NCBI GenBank assembly: GCA_964016885.1
Contig: OZ024741.1
Location: forward strand, 36,952,001-37,016,000
Direction: 5' to 3'
DNA length: 64,000 nucleotides
Origin: Eledone cirrhosa
Taxonomy: Eukaryota
Numbering within the stretch: the first letter of the stretch is position 1; each line of letters starts with the position of its first letter. A program made the translations under genes and the position numbers. The notes under the pieces were generated by a model. It had not been told where the DNA came from. It saw nothing but the letters and a program-made list of their open reading frames with translations, and did no database searches. This document shows, in pieces, positions 26,601 to 40,869 of the stretch.

Positions 26601-29600
26601 AAATAGTACCGTACTAGCAGACCAACGCCAACGTTAATAGTACCATACTAGCAGACCAACGCCAACGTTAATCGTACCATACTAGCAGACTAAAGCCAAC
26701 GTTAATAGTACCATACTAGCAGACCAGTGCCAACGTTAATAGTACCATACTAGCAGACCAACCCTACATTAATAGTACCATACTAGCAGACCAGTGCCAA
26801 CGTTAATAGTACCATACTAGCAGTCCAACGTCAACGTTAATAGTACCATACTAGCAGACCAACGCCAACGTTAATAGTTCCATACTAGCAGACCAACGCC
26901 AACGCTAATAGTACCATACTAGCACACCAACGCCAACGTTAATAGTTCCATACTAGCAGACTAACGTCAACGCTAATAGTACCATACTAGCAGACCAAGG
27001 CCAATGTTAATAGTACCATACTAGCAGACCAACGCCAACGTTAATAGTACCATACTAGCAGACCAACGCCAACGTTAATAGTTCTATACTAGCAGACTAA
27101 CGTCAACGTTAATAGTACCATACTAGTAGACCAACGCCAACGTTAATAGTACCATACTAGCAGACTGACGCCAACGTTAATAGTACCATACTAGTAGACC
27201 AACGCCAACGTTAATAGTACCATACTAGCAGACCAACGCCTTCGTTAATAGTACCATACTAGCAGACCAACGTTAATAGTACCGGACTAGCAAACCAACG
27301 CCAACGTTAATAGTACCATACTAGCAGACTGACGCCAACGTTAATAGTACCATACTAGCAGACTGACGCCAACGTTAATAGTACCATACTAGCAGACCAA
27401 GGCCAATGTTAATAGAACCATACTAGCAGACCAACGCCAACGTTAATAGTACCATACTAGCAGACCAACGCCAATGTTAATAGAACCATACTAGCAGTCC
27501 AACGCCAACGTTAATAGTACCATACTAGCAGACCAAGGCCAATGTTAATAGCACCATACTAGCAGACCAACGCCAACGTTAATAGTACCATACTAGCAGA
27601 CCAACGTTAATAGTACCGGACTAGCAAACCAACGCCAACGTTAATAGTACCACACTAGCAGAACAACGCCAACGTTAATAGTACCATACTAGCAGACCAA
27701 CGCCAACGTTAATAGTACCACACTAGCAGACCCACACCAACGTTAATAGTACCATACTAGCAGACCAACGCCAACGTTAATAGTACCATATTAGCAGACC
27801 AACGCCAACGTTAATAGTACCATACTAGCAGACCAACGCCAACGTTAATAGTACCACACTAGCAGACCCACACCAACCTTAATAGTACCATACTAGCAGA
27901 CTAACGCAAACGTTAATAGTACCATACTAGCAGACCAAAGCCAACGTTAATAGTACCATACTAGCAGACTAACGTCAACGTTAATAGTACCATACTAGCA
28001 GACTAACGCCAACGTTAATAGTACCACACTAGCAGACCAACGCCAACGTTAATAGTACCATACTAGCAGACTAACGCCAACGTTAATAGTACCATACTAG
28101 CAGTCCAAACGCCAACGTTAATAGTACCATACTAGCAGATCCACACCAACGTTAATAGTACCATACTAGCAGACCCACACCAACGTTAATAGTACCATAC
28201 TAGCAGACTAACGCCAACGTTAATAGTACCATACTAGCAGACCCACACCAACGTTAATAGTACCATACTAGCAGTCCAACGCCAACGTTAATAGTACCAT
28301 ACTAGCAGACCAACGCCAACGTTAATAGTACCATATTAGCAGACCAACGCCAACGTTAATAGTACCATACTAGCAGACCAACGCCAACGTTAATAGTACC
28401 ACACTAGCAGACTAACGCCAACGTTAATAGTACCATACTAGCAGACCAACGCCAACGTTAATAGTAGCATACTAGCAGACCAACGCCAACGTTAATAGTA
28501 CCATACTAGCAAACCAACGCCAACGTTAATAGTACCATACTAGCAGACTAACGTCAACGTTAATAGTACCATGCTAGCAGACTAACGCCAACGTTAATAG
28601 TACCATACTAGCAGACCAACGGCAATGTTAATAGTACCATACTAGCAGACTAACGCCAACGTTAATAGTACCATACTAGCAGTCCAAACGCCAACGTTAA
28701 TAGTACCATATTAGCAGACCAACGCCAACGTTAATAGTACCATACTAGCAGACCAACGCCTTCGTTAATAGTACCACACTAGCAGACCCACACCAACGTT
28801 AATAGTACCATACTAGAAGATCCACACCAACGTTAATAGTACCATACTAGCAGACCCACACCAACGTTAATAGTACCATACTAGCAGACCAACGCCAACG
28901 TTAATAGTACCATACTAACAGACTAACGCCAACGTTAATAGTACCATACTAGCAGTCCAAACGCCAACGTTAATAGTACCATATTAGCAGACCAACGCCA
29001 ACGTTAATAGTACCATACTAGCAGACCAACGCCAACGTTAATAGTACCACACTAGCAGACCAACGCCTTCGTTAATAGTACCACACTAGCAGACCAACGC
29101 CAACGTTAATAGTACCACACTAGCAGACCAACGCCAACGTTAATAGTACCATACTAGCAGACCAACGCCAACGTTAATAGTGCCACACTAGCAGACTAAC
29201 GCCAACGTTAATAGTACCATACTAGCAGACCAACGCCAATGTTAATAGTACCATACTAGCAGACCAAGGCCAACGTTAATAGTGCCACACTAGCAGACTA
29301 ACGCCAACGTTAATAGTACCATACTAGCAGACCAACGCCAATGTTAATAGTACCATACTAGCAGACCAACGTCAACGTTAATAGTACCATATTAGCAGAC
29401 CAACGCCAACGTTAATAGTACCATAATAGCAGACCCACACCAACGTTAATAGTACCATACTAGCAGACCAACGCCAACGTTAATAGTACCATATTAGTAG
29501 ACTAACGTCAACGTTAATAGTACCATACTAGCAGACCAACGCCAACGTTAATAGTACCATATTAGCAGACCAACGCCAACGTTAATAGTACCATACTAGC

Positions 29601-32600
29601 AGACCAACGCCAACGTTAATAGTACCACACTAGCAGACTAACGCCAACGTTAATAGTACCATACTAGCAGACCAACGCCAACGTTAATAGTAGCATACTA
29701 GCAGACCAACGCCAACGTTAATAGTACCATACTAGCAGACCAACGCCAACGTTAATAGTATCATACTAGCAGACCAACGCCAACGTTAATAGTACCATAC
29801 TAGCAGACCAAGGCCAACGTTAATAGTATCATACTAGCAGTCCAACGCCAACGTTAATAGTATCATACTAGCAGACCAACGCCAACGTTAATAGTACCAT
29901 ATTAGCAGACCAACGCCAACGTTAATAGTATCATACTAGCAGTCCAACGCCAACGTTAATAGTACCATACTAGCAGACCAAGGCCAACGTTAATAGTACC
30001 ATACTAGCAGACCAACGTTAAATAGTACCGTACTAGCAGAACAACGCCAACGTTAATAGTACCATACTAGCAGACCAACGCCAACGTTAATAGTACCATA
30101 CTAGCAGACCAACGCCAACGTTAATAGTACCATATTAGCAGACCAACGCCAACGTTAATAGTACCATACTAGCAGACCAAGGCCAACGTTAATAGTACCG
30201 TACTAGCAGACCAACGTTAAATAGTACCGTACTAGCAGACCAACGCCAACGTTAATAGTACCATACTAGCAGATCAACGCCAACGTTAATCGTACCATAC
30301 TAGCAGACTAAAGCCAACGTTAATAGTACCATACTAGCAGACCAGTGCCAACGTTAATAGTACCATACTAGCAGGCCAACGCCAACGTTAATAGTACCAT
30401 ACTAGCAGACCAACGGCAACGTTAATAGCACCATACTAGCAGACCAACCCTACATTAATAGTACCATACTAGCAGACCAGTGCCAACGTTAATAGTACCA
30501 TACTAGCAGTCCAACGTCAACGTTAATAGTACCATACTAGCAGACCAACGCCAACGTTAATAGTTCCATACTAGCAGACTAACGTCAACGTTAATAGTAC
30601 CATACTAGCAGACCAACGCCAACGCTAATAGTACCATACTAGCAGACCAACGCCAACGTTAATAGTTCCATACTAGCAGACTAACGTCAACGTTAATAGT
30701 ACCATACTGGCAGACTAACGCCAACGTTAATAGTACCATACTAGCAGACTGACGCCAACGTTAATAGTACCATACTAGCAGACCAACGCCTTCGTTAATA
30801 GTACCATACTAGCAGACCAAGGCCAATGTTAATAGTACCATACTAGCAGACCAACGCCAACGTTAATAGTACCATACTAGCAGACCAACGCCAACGTTAA
30901 TAGTTCTATACTAGCAGACTAACGTCAACGTTAATAGTACCATACTAGTAGACCAACGCCAACGTTAATAGTACCATACTAGCAGACCAACGTTAATAGT
31001 ACCGGACTAGCAAACCAACGCCAACGTTAATAGTACCATACTAGCAGACTGACGCCAACGTTAATAGTACCATACTAGCAGACCAAGGCCAATGTTAATA
31101 GAACCATACTAGCAGTCCAACGCCAACGTTAATAGTACCATACTAGCAGACCAACGTTAATAGTACCGGACTAGCAAACCAACGCCAACGTTAATAGTAC
31201 CACACTAGCAGAACAACGCCAACGTTAATAGTACCATACTAGCAGACCAACGCCAACGTTAATAGTACCATACTAGCAGACCAAGGCCAATGTTAATAGC
31301 ACCATACTAGCAGACCAACGCCAACGTTAATAGTACCATACTAGCAGACCAACGCCAACGTTAATAGTACCATACTAGCAGACCAAGGCCAATGTTAATA
31401 GCACCATACTAGCAGACCAACGCCAACGTTAATAGTACCATACTAGCAGACCAACGTTAATAGTACCGGACTAGCAAACCAACGCCAACGTTAATAGTAC
31501 CACACTAGCAGAACAACGCCAACGTTAATAGTACCATACTAGCAGACCAACGCCAACGTTAATAGTACCATACTAGCAGACCAAGGCCAATGTTAATAGC
31601 ACCATACTAGCAGACCAACGCCAACGTTAATAGTACCATACTAGCAGACCAACGTTAATAGTACCGGACTAGCAAACCAACGCCAACGTTAATAGTACCA
31701 CACTAGCAGAACAACGCCAACGTTAATAGTACCATACTAGCAGACCAACGCCAACGTTAATAGTACCATACTAGCAGACCAACGCCAACGTTAATAGTAC
31801 CATATTAGCAGACCAACGCCAACGTTAATAGTACCACACTAGCAGACCCACACCAACGTTAATAGTACCATACTAGCAGACCAACGCCAACGTTAATAGT
31901 ACCATATTAGCAGACCCACACCAACGTTAATAGTACCATACTAGCAGACCAACGCCAACGTTAATAGTACCACACTAGCAGACCCACACCAACGTTAATA
32001 GTACCATATTAGCAGACCAACGCCAACGTTAATAGTACCATATTAGCAGACTAACGCCGACGTTAATAGTACCACACTAGCAGACCAACGCCAACGTTAA
32101 TAGTACCATACTAGCAGACTAACGCCAACGTTAATAGTACCATACTAGCAGTCCAAACGCCAACGTTAATAGTACCATACTAGCAGATCCACACCAACGT
32201 TAATAGTACCATACTAGCAGACCCACACCAACGTTAATAGTACCATACTAGCAGACTAACGCCAACGTTAATAGTACCACACTAGCAGACCAACGCCAAC
32301 GTTAATAGTACCATACTAGCAGACTAACGCCAACGTTAATAGTACCATACTAGCAGTCCAAACGCCAACGTTAATAGTACCATACTAGCAGATCCACACC
32401 AACGTTAATAGTACCATACTAGCAGACCCACACCAACGTTAATAGTACCATACTAGCAGACTAACGCCAACGTTAATAGTACCATACTAGCAGACCCACA
32501 CCAACGTTAATAGTACCATACTAGCAGTCCAACGCCAACGTTAATAGTACCATACTAGCAGACCAACGCCAACGTTAATAGTACCATATTAGCAGACCAA

Positions 32601-35600
32601 CGCCAACGTTAATAGTACCATACTAGCAGACCAACGCCAACGTTAATAGTACCACACTAGCAGACTAACGCCAACGTTAATAGTACCATACTAGCAGACC
32701 AACGCCAACGTTAATAGTAGCATACTAGCAGACCAACGCCAACGTTAATAGTACCATACTAGCAAACCAACGCCAACGTTAATAGTACCATACTAGCAGA
32801 CTAACGTCAACGTTAATAGTACCATGCTAGCAGACTAACGCCAACGTTAATAGTACCATACTAGCAGACCAACGGCAATGTTAATAGTACCATACTAGCA
32901 GACTAACGCCAACGTTAATAGTACCATACTAGCAGTCCAAACGCCAACGTTAATAGTACCATATTAGCAGACCAACGCCAACGTTAATAGTACCATACTA
33001 GCAGACCAACGCCTTCGTTAATAGTACCACACTAGCAGACCCACACCAACGTTAATAGTACCATACTAGAAGATCCACACCAACGTTAATAGTACCATAC
33101 TAGCAGACCCACACCAACGTTAATAGTACCATACTAGCAGACCAACGCCAACGTTAATAGTACCATACTAACAGACTAACGCCAACGTTAATAGTACCAT
33201 ACTAGCAGTCCAAACGCCAACGTTAATAGTACCATATTAGCAGACCAACGCCAACGTTAATAGTACCATACTAGCAGACCAACGCCAACGTTAATAGTAC
33301 CACACTAGCAGACCAACGCCTTCGTTAATAGTACCACACTAGCAGACCAACGCCAACGTTAATAGTACCACACTAGCAGACCAACGCCAACGTTAATAGT
33401 ACCATACTAGCAGACCAACGCCAACGTTAATAGTGCCACACTAGCAGACTAACGCCAACGTTAATAGTACCATACTAGCAGACCAACGCCAATGTTAATA
33501 GTACCATACTAGCAGACCAAGGCCAACGTTAATAGTGCCACACTAGCAGACTAACGCCAACGTTAATAGTACCATACTAGCAGACCAACGCCAATGTTAA
33601 TAGTACCATACTAGCAGACCAACGTCAACGTTAATAGTACCATATTAGCAGACCAACGCCAACGTTAATAGTACCATAATAGCAGACCCACACCAACGTT
33701 AATAGTACCATACTAGCAGACCAACGCCAACGTTAATAGTACCATATTAGTAGACTAACGTCAACGTTAATAGTACCATACTAGCAGACCAACGCCAACG
33801 TTAATAGTACCATATTAGCAGACCAACGCCAACGTTAATAGTACCATACTAGCAGACCAACGCCAACGTTAATAGTACCACACTAGCAGACTAACGCCAA
33901 CGTTAATAGTACCATACTAGCAGACCAACGCCAACGTTAATAGTAGCATACTAGCAGACCAACGCCAACGTTAATAGTACCATACTAGCAGACCAACGCC
34001 AACGTTAATAGTATCATACTAGCAGACCAACGCCAACGTTAATAGTACCATACTAGCAGACCAAGGCCAACGTTAATAGTATCATACTAGCAGTCCAACG
34101 CCAACGTTAATAGTATCATACTAGCAGACCAACGCCAACGTTAATAGTACCATATTAGCAGACCAACGCCAACGTTAATAGTATCATACTAGCAGTCCAA
34201 CGCCAACGTTAATAGTACCATACTAGCAGACCAAGGCCAACGTTAATAGTACCATACTAGCAGACCAACGTTAAATAGTACCGTACTAGCAGAACAACGC
34301 CAACGTTAATAGTACCATACTAGCAGACCAACGCCAACGTTAATAGTACCATACTAGCAGACCAACGCCAACGTTAATAGTACCATATTAGCAGACCAAC
34401 GCCAACGTTAATAGTACCATACTAGCAGACCAAGGCCAACGTTAATAGTACCGTACTAGCAGACCAACGTTAAATAGTACCGTACTAGCAGACCAACGCC
34501 AACGTTAATAGTACCATACTAGCAGATCAACGCCAACGTTAATCGTACCATACTAGCAGACTAAAGCCAACGTTAATAGTACCATACTAGCAGACCAGTG
34601 CCAACGTTAATAGTACCATACTAGCAGGCCAACGCCAACGTTAATAGTACCATACTAGCAGACCAACGGCAACGTTAATAGCACCATACTAGCAGACCAA
34701 CCCTACATTAATAGTACCATACTAGCAGACCAGTGCCAACGTTAATAGTACCATACTAGCAGTCCAACGTCAACGTTAATAGTACCATACTAGCAGACCA
34801 ACGCCAACGTTAATAGTTCCATACTAGCAGACTAACGTCAACGTTAATAGTACCATACTAGCAGACCAACGCCAACGCTAATAGTACCATACTAGCAGAC
34901 CAACGCCAACGTTAATAGTTCCATACTAGCAGACTAACGTCAACGTTAATAGTACCATACTGGCAGACTAACGCCAACGTTAATAGTACCATACTAGCAG
35001 ACTGACGCCAACGTTAATAGTACCATACTAGCAGACCAACGCCTTCGTTAATAGTACCATACTAGCAGACCAAGGCCAATGTTAATAGTACCATACTAGC
35101 AGACCAACGCCAACGTTAATAGTACCATACTAGCAGACCAACGCCAACGTTAATAGTTCTATACTAGCAGACTAACGTCAACGTTAATAGTACCATACTA
35201 GTAGACCAACGCCAACGTTAATAGTACCATACTAGCAGACCAACGTTAATAGTACCGGACTAGCAAACCAACGCCAACGTTAATAGTACCATACTAGCAG
35301 ACTGACGCCAACGTTAATAGTACCATACTAGCAGACCAAGGCCAATGTTAATAGAACCATACTAGCAGTCCAACGCCAACGTTAATAGTACCATACTAGC
35401 AGACCAACGTTAATAGTACCGGACTAGCAAACCAACGCCAACGTTAATAGTACCACACTAGCAGAACAACGCCAACGTTAATAGTACCATACTAGCAGAC
35501 CAACGCCAACGTTAATAGTACCATACTAGCAGACCAAGGCCAATGTTAATAGCACCATACTAGCAGACCAACGCCAACGTTAATAGTACCATACTAGCAG

Positions 35601-38600
35601 ACCAACGCCAACGTTAATAGTACCATACTAGCAGACCAAGGCCAATGTTAATAGCACCATACTAGCAGACCAACGCCAACGTTAATAGTACCATACTAGC
35701 AGACCAACGTTAATAGTACCGGACTAGCAAACCAACGCCAACGTTAATAGTACCACACTAGCAGAACAACGCCAACGTTAATAGTACCATACTAGCAGAC
35801 CAACGCCAACGTTAATAGTACCATACTAGCAGACCAAGGCCAATGTTAATAGCACCATACTAGCAGACCAACGCCAACGTTAATAGTACCATACTAGCAG
35901 ACCAACGTTAATAGTACCGGACTAGCAAACCAACGCCAACGTTAATAGTACCACACTAGCAGAACAACGCCAACGTTAATAGTACCATACTAGCAGACCA
36001 ACGCCAACGTTAATAGTACCATACTAGCAGACCAACGCCAACGTTAATAGTACCATATTAGCAGACCAACGCCAACGTTAATAGTACCACACTAGCAGAC
36101 CCACACCAACGTTAATAGTACCATACTAGCAGACCAACGCCAACGTTAATAGTACCATATTAGCAGACCCACACCAACGTTAATAGTACCATACTAGCAG
36201 ACCAACGCCAACGTTAATAGTACCACACTAGCAGACCCACACCAACGTTAATAGTACCATATTAGCAGACCAACGCCAACGTTAATAGTACCATATTAGC
36301 AGACTAACGCCGACGTTAATAGTACCACACTAGCAGACTAACGCCAACGTTAATAGTACCATACTAGCAGACCAACGCCAACGTTAATAGTACCACACTA
36401 GCAGACTAACGCCAACGTTAATAGTACCACACTAGCAGACTAACGCCAACGTTAATAGTACCATACTAGCAGACTAACGCCAACGTTAATAGTACCACAC
36501 TAGCAGACTAACGCCAACGTTAATAGTACCACACTAGCAGACTAACGCCAACGTTAATAGTACCACACTAGCAGACTAACGCCAACGTTAATAGTACCAC
36601 ACTAGCAGACTAACGCCAACGTTAATAGTACCACACTAGCAGACTAACGCCAACGTTAATAGTACCACACTAGCAGACTAACGCCAACGTTAATAGTACC
36701 ATACTAGCAGACCAACGCCAACGTTAATAGTACCACACTAGCAGACTAACGCCAACGTTAATAGTACCATACTAGCAGACCAACGCCAACGTTAATAGTA
36801 CCATATTAGCAGACCTACGCCAACGTTAATAGTACCATACTAGCAGACCAACGCCAACGTTAGTAGTACCACACTAGCAGACCAACGCCAACGTTAATAG
36901 TACCATACTAGCTGACTAACGCCAACGTTAATAGTACCATACTAGCAGACCTACGCCAACGTTAATAGTACCATACTAGCAGACCAACGCCAACGTTAAT
37001 AGTACCATACTAGCAGACCAAGGCCAATGTTAATAGTACCATACTAGCAGACTAACGCCAATGTTAATAGTACCATACTAGCAGACTAACGCCAACGTTA
37101 ATAGTACCATACTAGCAGACCAACGCCAACGTTAATAGTACCATACTAGCAGACCTACGCCAACGTTAATAGTACCATACTAGCAGACCAAGGCCAATGT
37201 TAATAGTACCATACTAGCAGACTAACGCCAATGTTAATAGTACCATACTAGCAGACTAACGCCAACGTTAATAGTACCATACTAGCAGACCTACGCCAAC
37301 GTTAATAGTACCATACTAGCAGACCAAGGCCAATGTTAATAGTACCATACTAGCAGACTAACGCCAATGTTAATAGTACCATACTAGCAGACTAACGCCA
37401 ACGTTAATAGTACCATACTAGCAGACCTACGCCAACGTTAATAGTACCATACTAGCAGACCAACGCCAACGTTAATAGTACCATACTAGCAGACCAAGGC
37501 CAATGTTAATAGTACCATACTAGCAGACTAACGCCAATGTTAATAGTACCATACTAGCAGACTAACGCCAACGTTAATAGTACCATACTAGCAGTCCAAC
37601 GCCAACGTTAATAGTACCATACTAGCAGTCCAACGCCAACGTTAATAGTACCATATTAGCAGACCAAGGCCAATGTTAATAGTACCATACTAGCAGACTA
37701 ACGCCAATGTTAATAGTACCATACTAGCAGACTAACGCCAACGTTAATAGTACCATACTAGCAGTCCAACGCCAACGTTAATAGTACCATACTAGCAGTC
37801 CAACGCCAACGTTAATAGTACCATATTAGCAGACCAAGGCCAATGTTAATAGTACCATACTAGCAGACTAGCGCCAATGTTAATAGTACCATACTAGCAG
37901 ACGAACGCCAACGTTAATAGTACCATATTAGCAGTCCAACGCCAACGTTAATAGTACCATACTAGCAGACCAACGCCAACGTTAATAGTACCATACTAGC
38001 AGACCAACGCCAACGTTAATAGTACCATACTAGCAGACCAACGCCAACGTTAATAGTACCATACTAGCAGTCCAACGCCAACGTTAATAGTACCATATTA
38101 GCAGACCAACGCCAACGTTAATAGTTCCATACTAGCAGACCAACGCCAACGTTAATAGTACCATACTAGCAGTCCAACGCCAACGTTAATAGTACCATAT
38201 TAGCAGAGTAGTGCCAACGTTAATAGTACCATACTAGCAGAACAACGCCAACGGTAATAGTACCATACTAGCAGTCCAACGTCAACGTTAATAGTACCAT
38301 ACTAGCAGACCAACGCCAACGTTAATAGTACCATACTAGCAGTCCAACGTCAACGTTAATAGTACCATACTAGCAGGCGAACGCCACCGTTAATAGTACC
38401 ATACTAGCAGACCAACGCCAACGTTAATAGTACCATACTAGCAGTCCAACGCCAACGTTAATAGTACCATATTAGCAGAGTAGTGCCAACGTTAATAGTA
38501 CCATACTAGCAGACCAACGCCAACCTTAATAGTACCATACTAGCAGTCCAACGCCAACGTTAATAGTACCATATTAGCAGACCAACGCCAACGTTAATAG

Positions 38601-39537
38601 TACCATACTAGCAGACTAACGCCAACGTTAATAGTACCATACTAGCAGACCAACGCCAACCTTAATAGTACCATATTAGCAGACCAGTGCCAACGTTAAT
38701 AGTACCATACTAGCAGACTAACGCCAACGTTAATAGTACCATATTAGCAGACCAACGCCAACGTTAATAGTAGCATACTAGCAGAGTAGTGCCAACGTTA
38801 ATAGTACCATACTAGCAGACCAACGCCAACCTTAATAGTACCATACTAGCAGACCAACGCCAACCTTAATAGTACCATATTAGCAGACCAGTGCCAACGT
38901 TAATAGTACCATACTAGCAGACTAACGCCAACGTTAATAGTACCATATTAGCAGACCAACGCCAACGTTAATAGTAGCATACTAGCAGACCAACGCCAAC
39001 GTTAATAGTACCATACTAGCAGACCAACGCCAACGTTAATAGTACCATACTAGCAGTCCAACGTCAACGTTAATAGTACCACACGAGCAGACTAACGCCA
39101 CCGTTAATAGTACCATACTAGCAGTCCAACGTCAACGTTAATAGTACCACACGAGCAGACTAACGCCACCGTTAATAGTACCATACTAGCAGTCCAACGT
39201 CAACGTTAATAGTACCACACGAGCAGACTAACGCCACCGTTAATAGTACCATACTAGCAGACCAACGCCACCGTTAATAGTACCATACTAGCAGACTAAC
39301 GCCACCGTTAATAGTACCATACTAGCAGACTAACGCCACCGTTAATAGTACCATACTAGCAGACTAACGCCACCGTTAATAGTACCATACTAGCAGACTA
39401 ACGCCACCGTTAATAGTACCATACTAGCAGACCAACGCCAATGTTAATAGTACCATACTAGCAGACCAACGCCACCGTTAATAGTACCACACTAGCAGAC
39501 CAACGTCAACGTTAATAGTACCACACTAGCAGTCCAA
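14696..39537. repeat. 34-bp tandem satellite, ~24.8 kb, ~730 units; consensus GTTAATAGTACCATACTAGCAGACCAACGCCAAC
   Basis: Uninterrupted head-to-tail units with point variants and 28/33/35-bp length variants; no ORFs. Confidence 0.99.
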
Positions 39538-39606
39538 ATTTGTGTTTATATTAATTTTACTGGCACGTGTATGTGATTGAAAATAAAATTGAATTTTTAA
39601 TATATT

Positions 39607-39810
39607 TATAATAATGAAATTATTGTGTACAGTGCTCAGGTGCACAACAACAATTTCTCGGATATAATTATATAAATGTTCAGCAGGTATCTGGAAATGA
39701 CATAGAGGATTAAATGTATGAGAAACTTGGAGGAAATAACTATCCAGGGGAACACATGTAGAGTTAGAACGTGTGGCCTTGTAATTGGAAAGCAAACTTT
39801 TCATTGTGAA
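39607..39810 (-). mobile_element. Element sharing only the 3'-terminal ~40 nt with the CR1-like LINE
   Basis: Reverse strand gtgcacctgagcactgtacacaataatttcattatta; upstream sequence is unlike 4160-4270. Confidence 0.55.
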
Positions 39811-39874
39811 TCAATCCCCTTAATTATTCGACCATGCTGCAACTACATTACATTAATAGACACATAATTATAGT

Positions 39875-40372
39875 TGAAAGACAAAGTTGACCTCAGCGGT
39901 TTTTGAACTCAAAACAAATACCGCACTGGTATTTCATCCGAGACTCTACCAATTTTGTTAATCCACCACTCTTGTGCTAATCTACTTTAGGCACAAGGCC
40001 AGCAATTTTGGGGGAGGGGAAAGTCGATTAAATCGACTCCAGTACATTACTGGTACTTTATTTTATCGTCCCCGTATGATGAAAGGCAAAGATAACCTCG
40101 GCGGGATTTGACCTCAGAACGTAAAGGGTTGTAACTCTATGTTGTAAAGCATGGTGTCCGACGCTCTACCGATACTGCTAATAATTGTTTCTACTTTTGG
40201 CACAAGGCCAGCAATTATCCAGTGCATTACTGGTACTTTATTTTATCGACCCCGTAAGGATGAAAGGCAAAGTTAACCTCGGCGCGATTTGAACTCAGAA
40301 TGGCAAGGGGCGTAACTCTATGCGTCAAAGCATAGTGTCCGACCCTCTACCGATACTGCCAATCCACCTGCT
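39875..40372 (-). mobile_element. Three stacked family B SINEs (first is a decayed head)
   Basis: Family B motifs at about 39875-39970, 39980-40180 and 40181-40372. Confidence 0.88.
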
Positions 40373-40626
40373 AATAATGAATATTTTTATATGTAGTTTT
40401 ATGTTGCCTTGTGGTATTTAACGTGTTGCAATGTTATAGATATATGTATCTGTTATAACCCCCTCTCTCCCATTGGCTATACCTATGATCAAAGACATTG
40501 TGTGTTGCACATTATAAAGTTCTGTAATGTAGATAGAAGAATCTTCTGTAGCCATGATCCGCTAGCGAATGATCAAAAGTATTCGACCCATCATCTTCAC
40601 ACCACCCATACATTTGTCGTAGATTT

Positions 40627-40860
<234 letters not shown>

Positions 40861-40869
40861 ACAGGCGAA

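Noticed and set aside
14696-39537. CRISPR array (34-bp partly palindromic repeat)
   Set aside because: Units are contiguous with no unique spacers, there are no cas genes, and the context is eukaryotic.
14696-39537. Satellite-encoded hammerhead (as in newt or schistosome satellites)
   Set aside because: No CUGANGA or GAAA core on either strand of the monomer.
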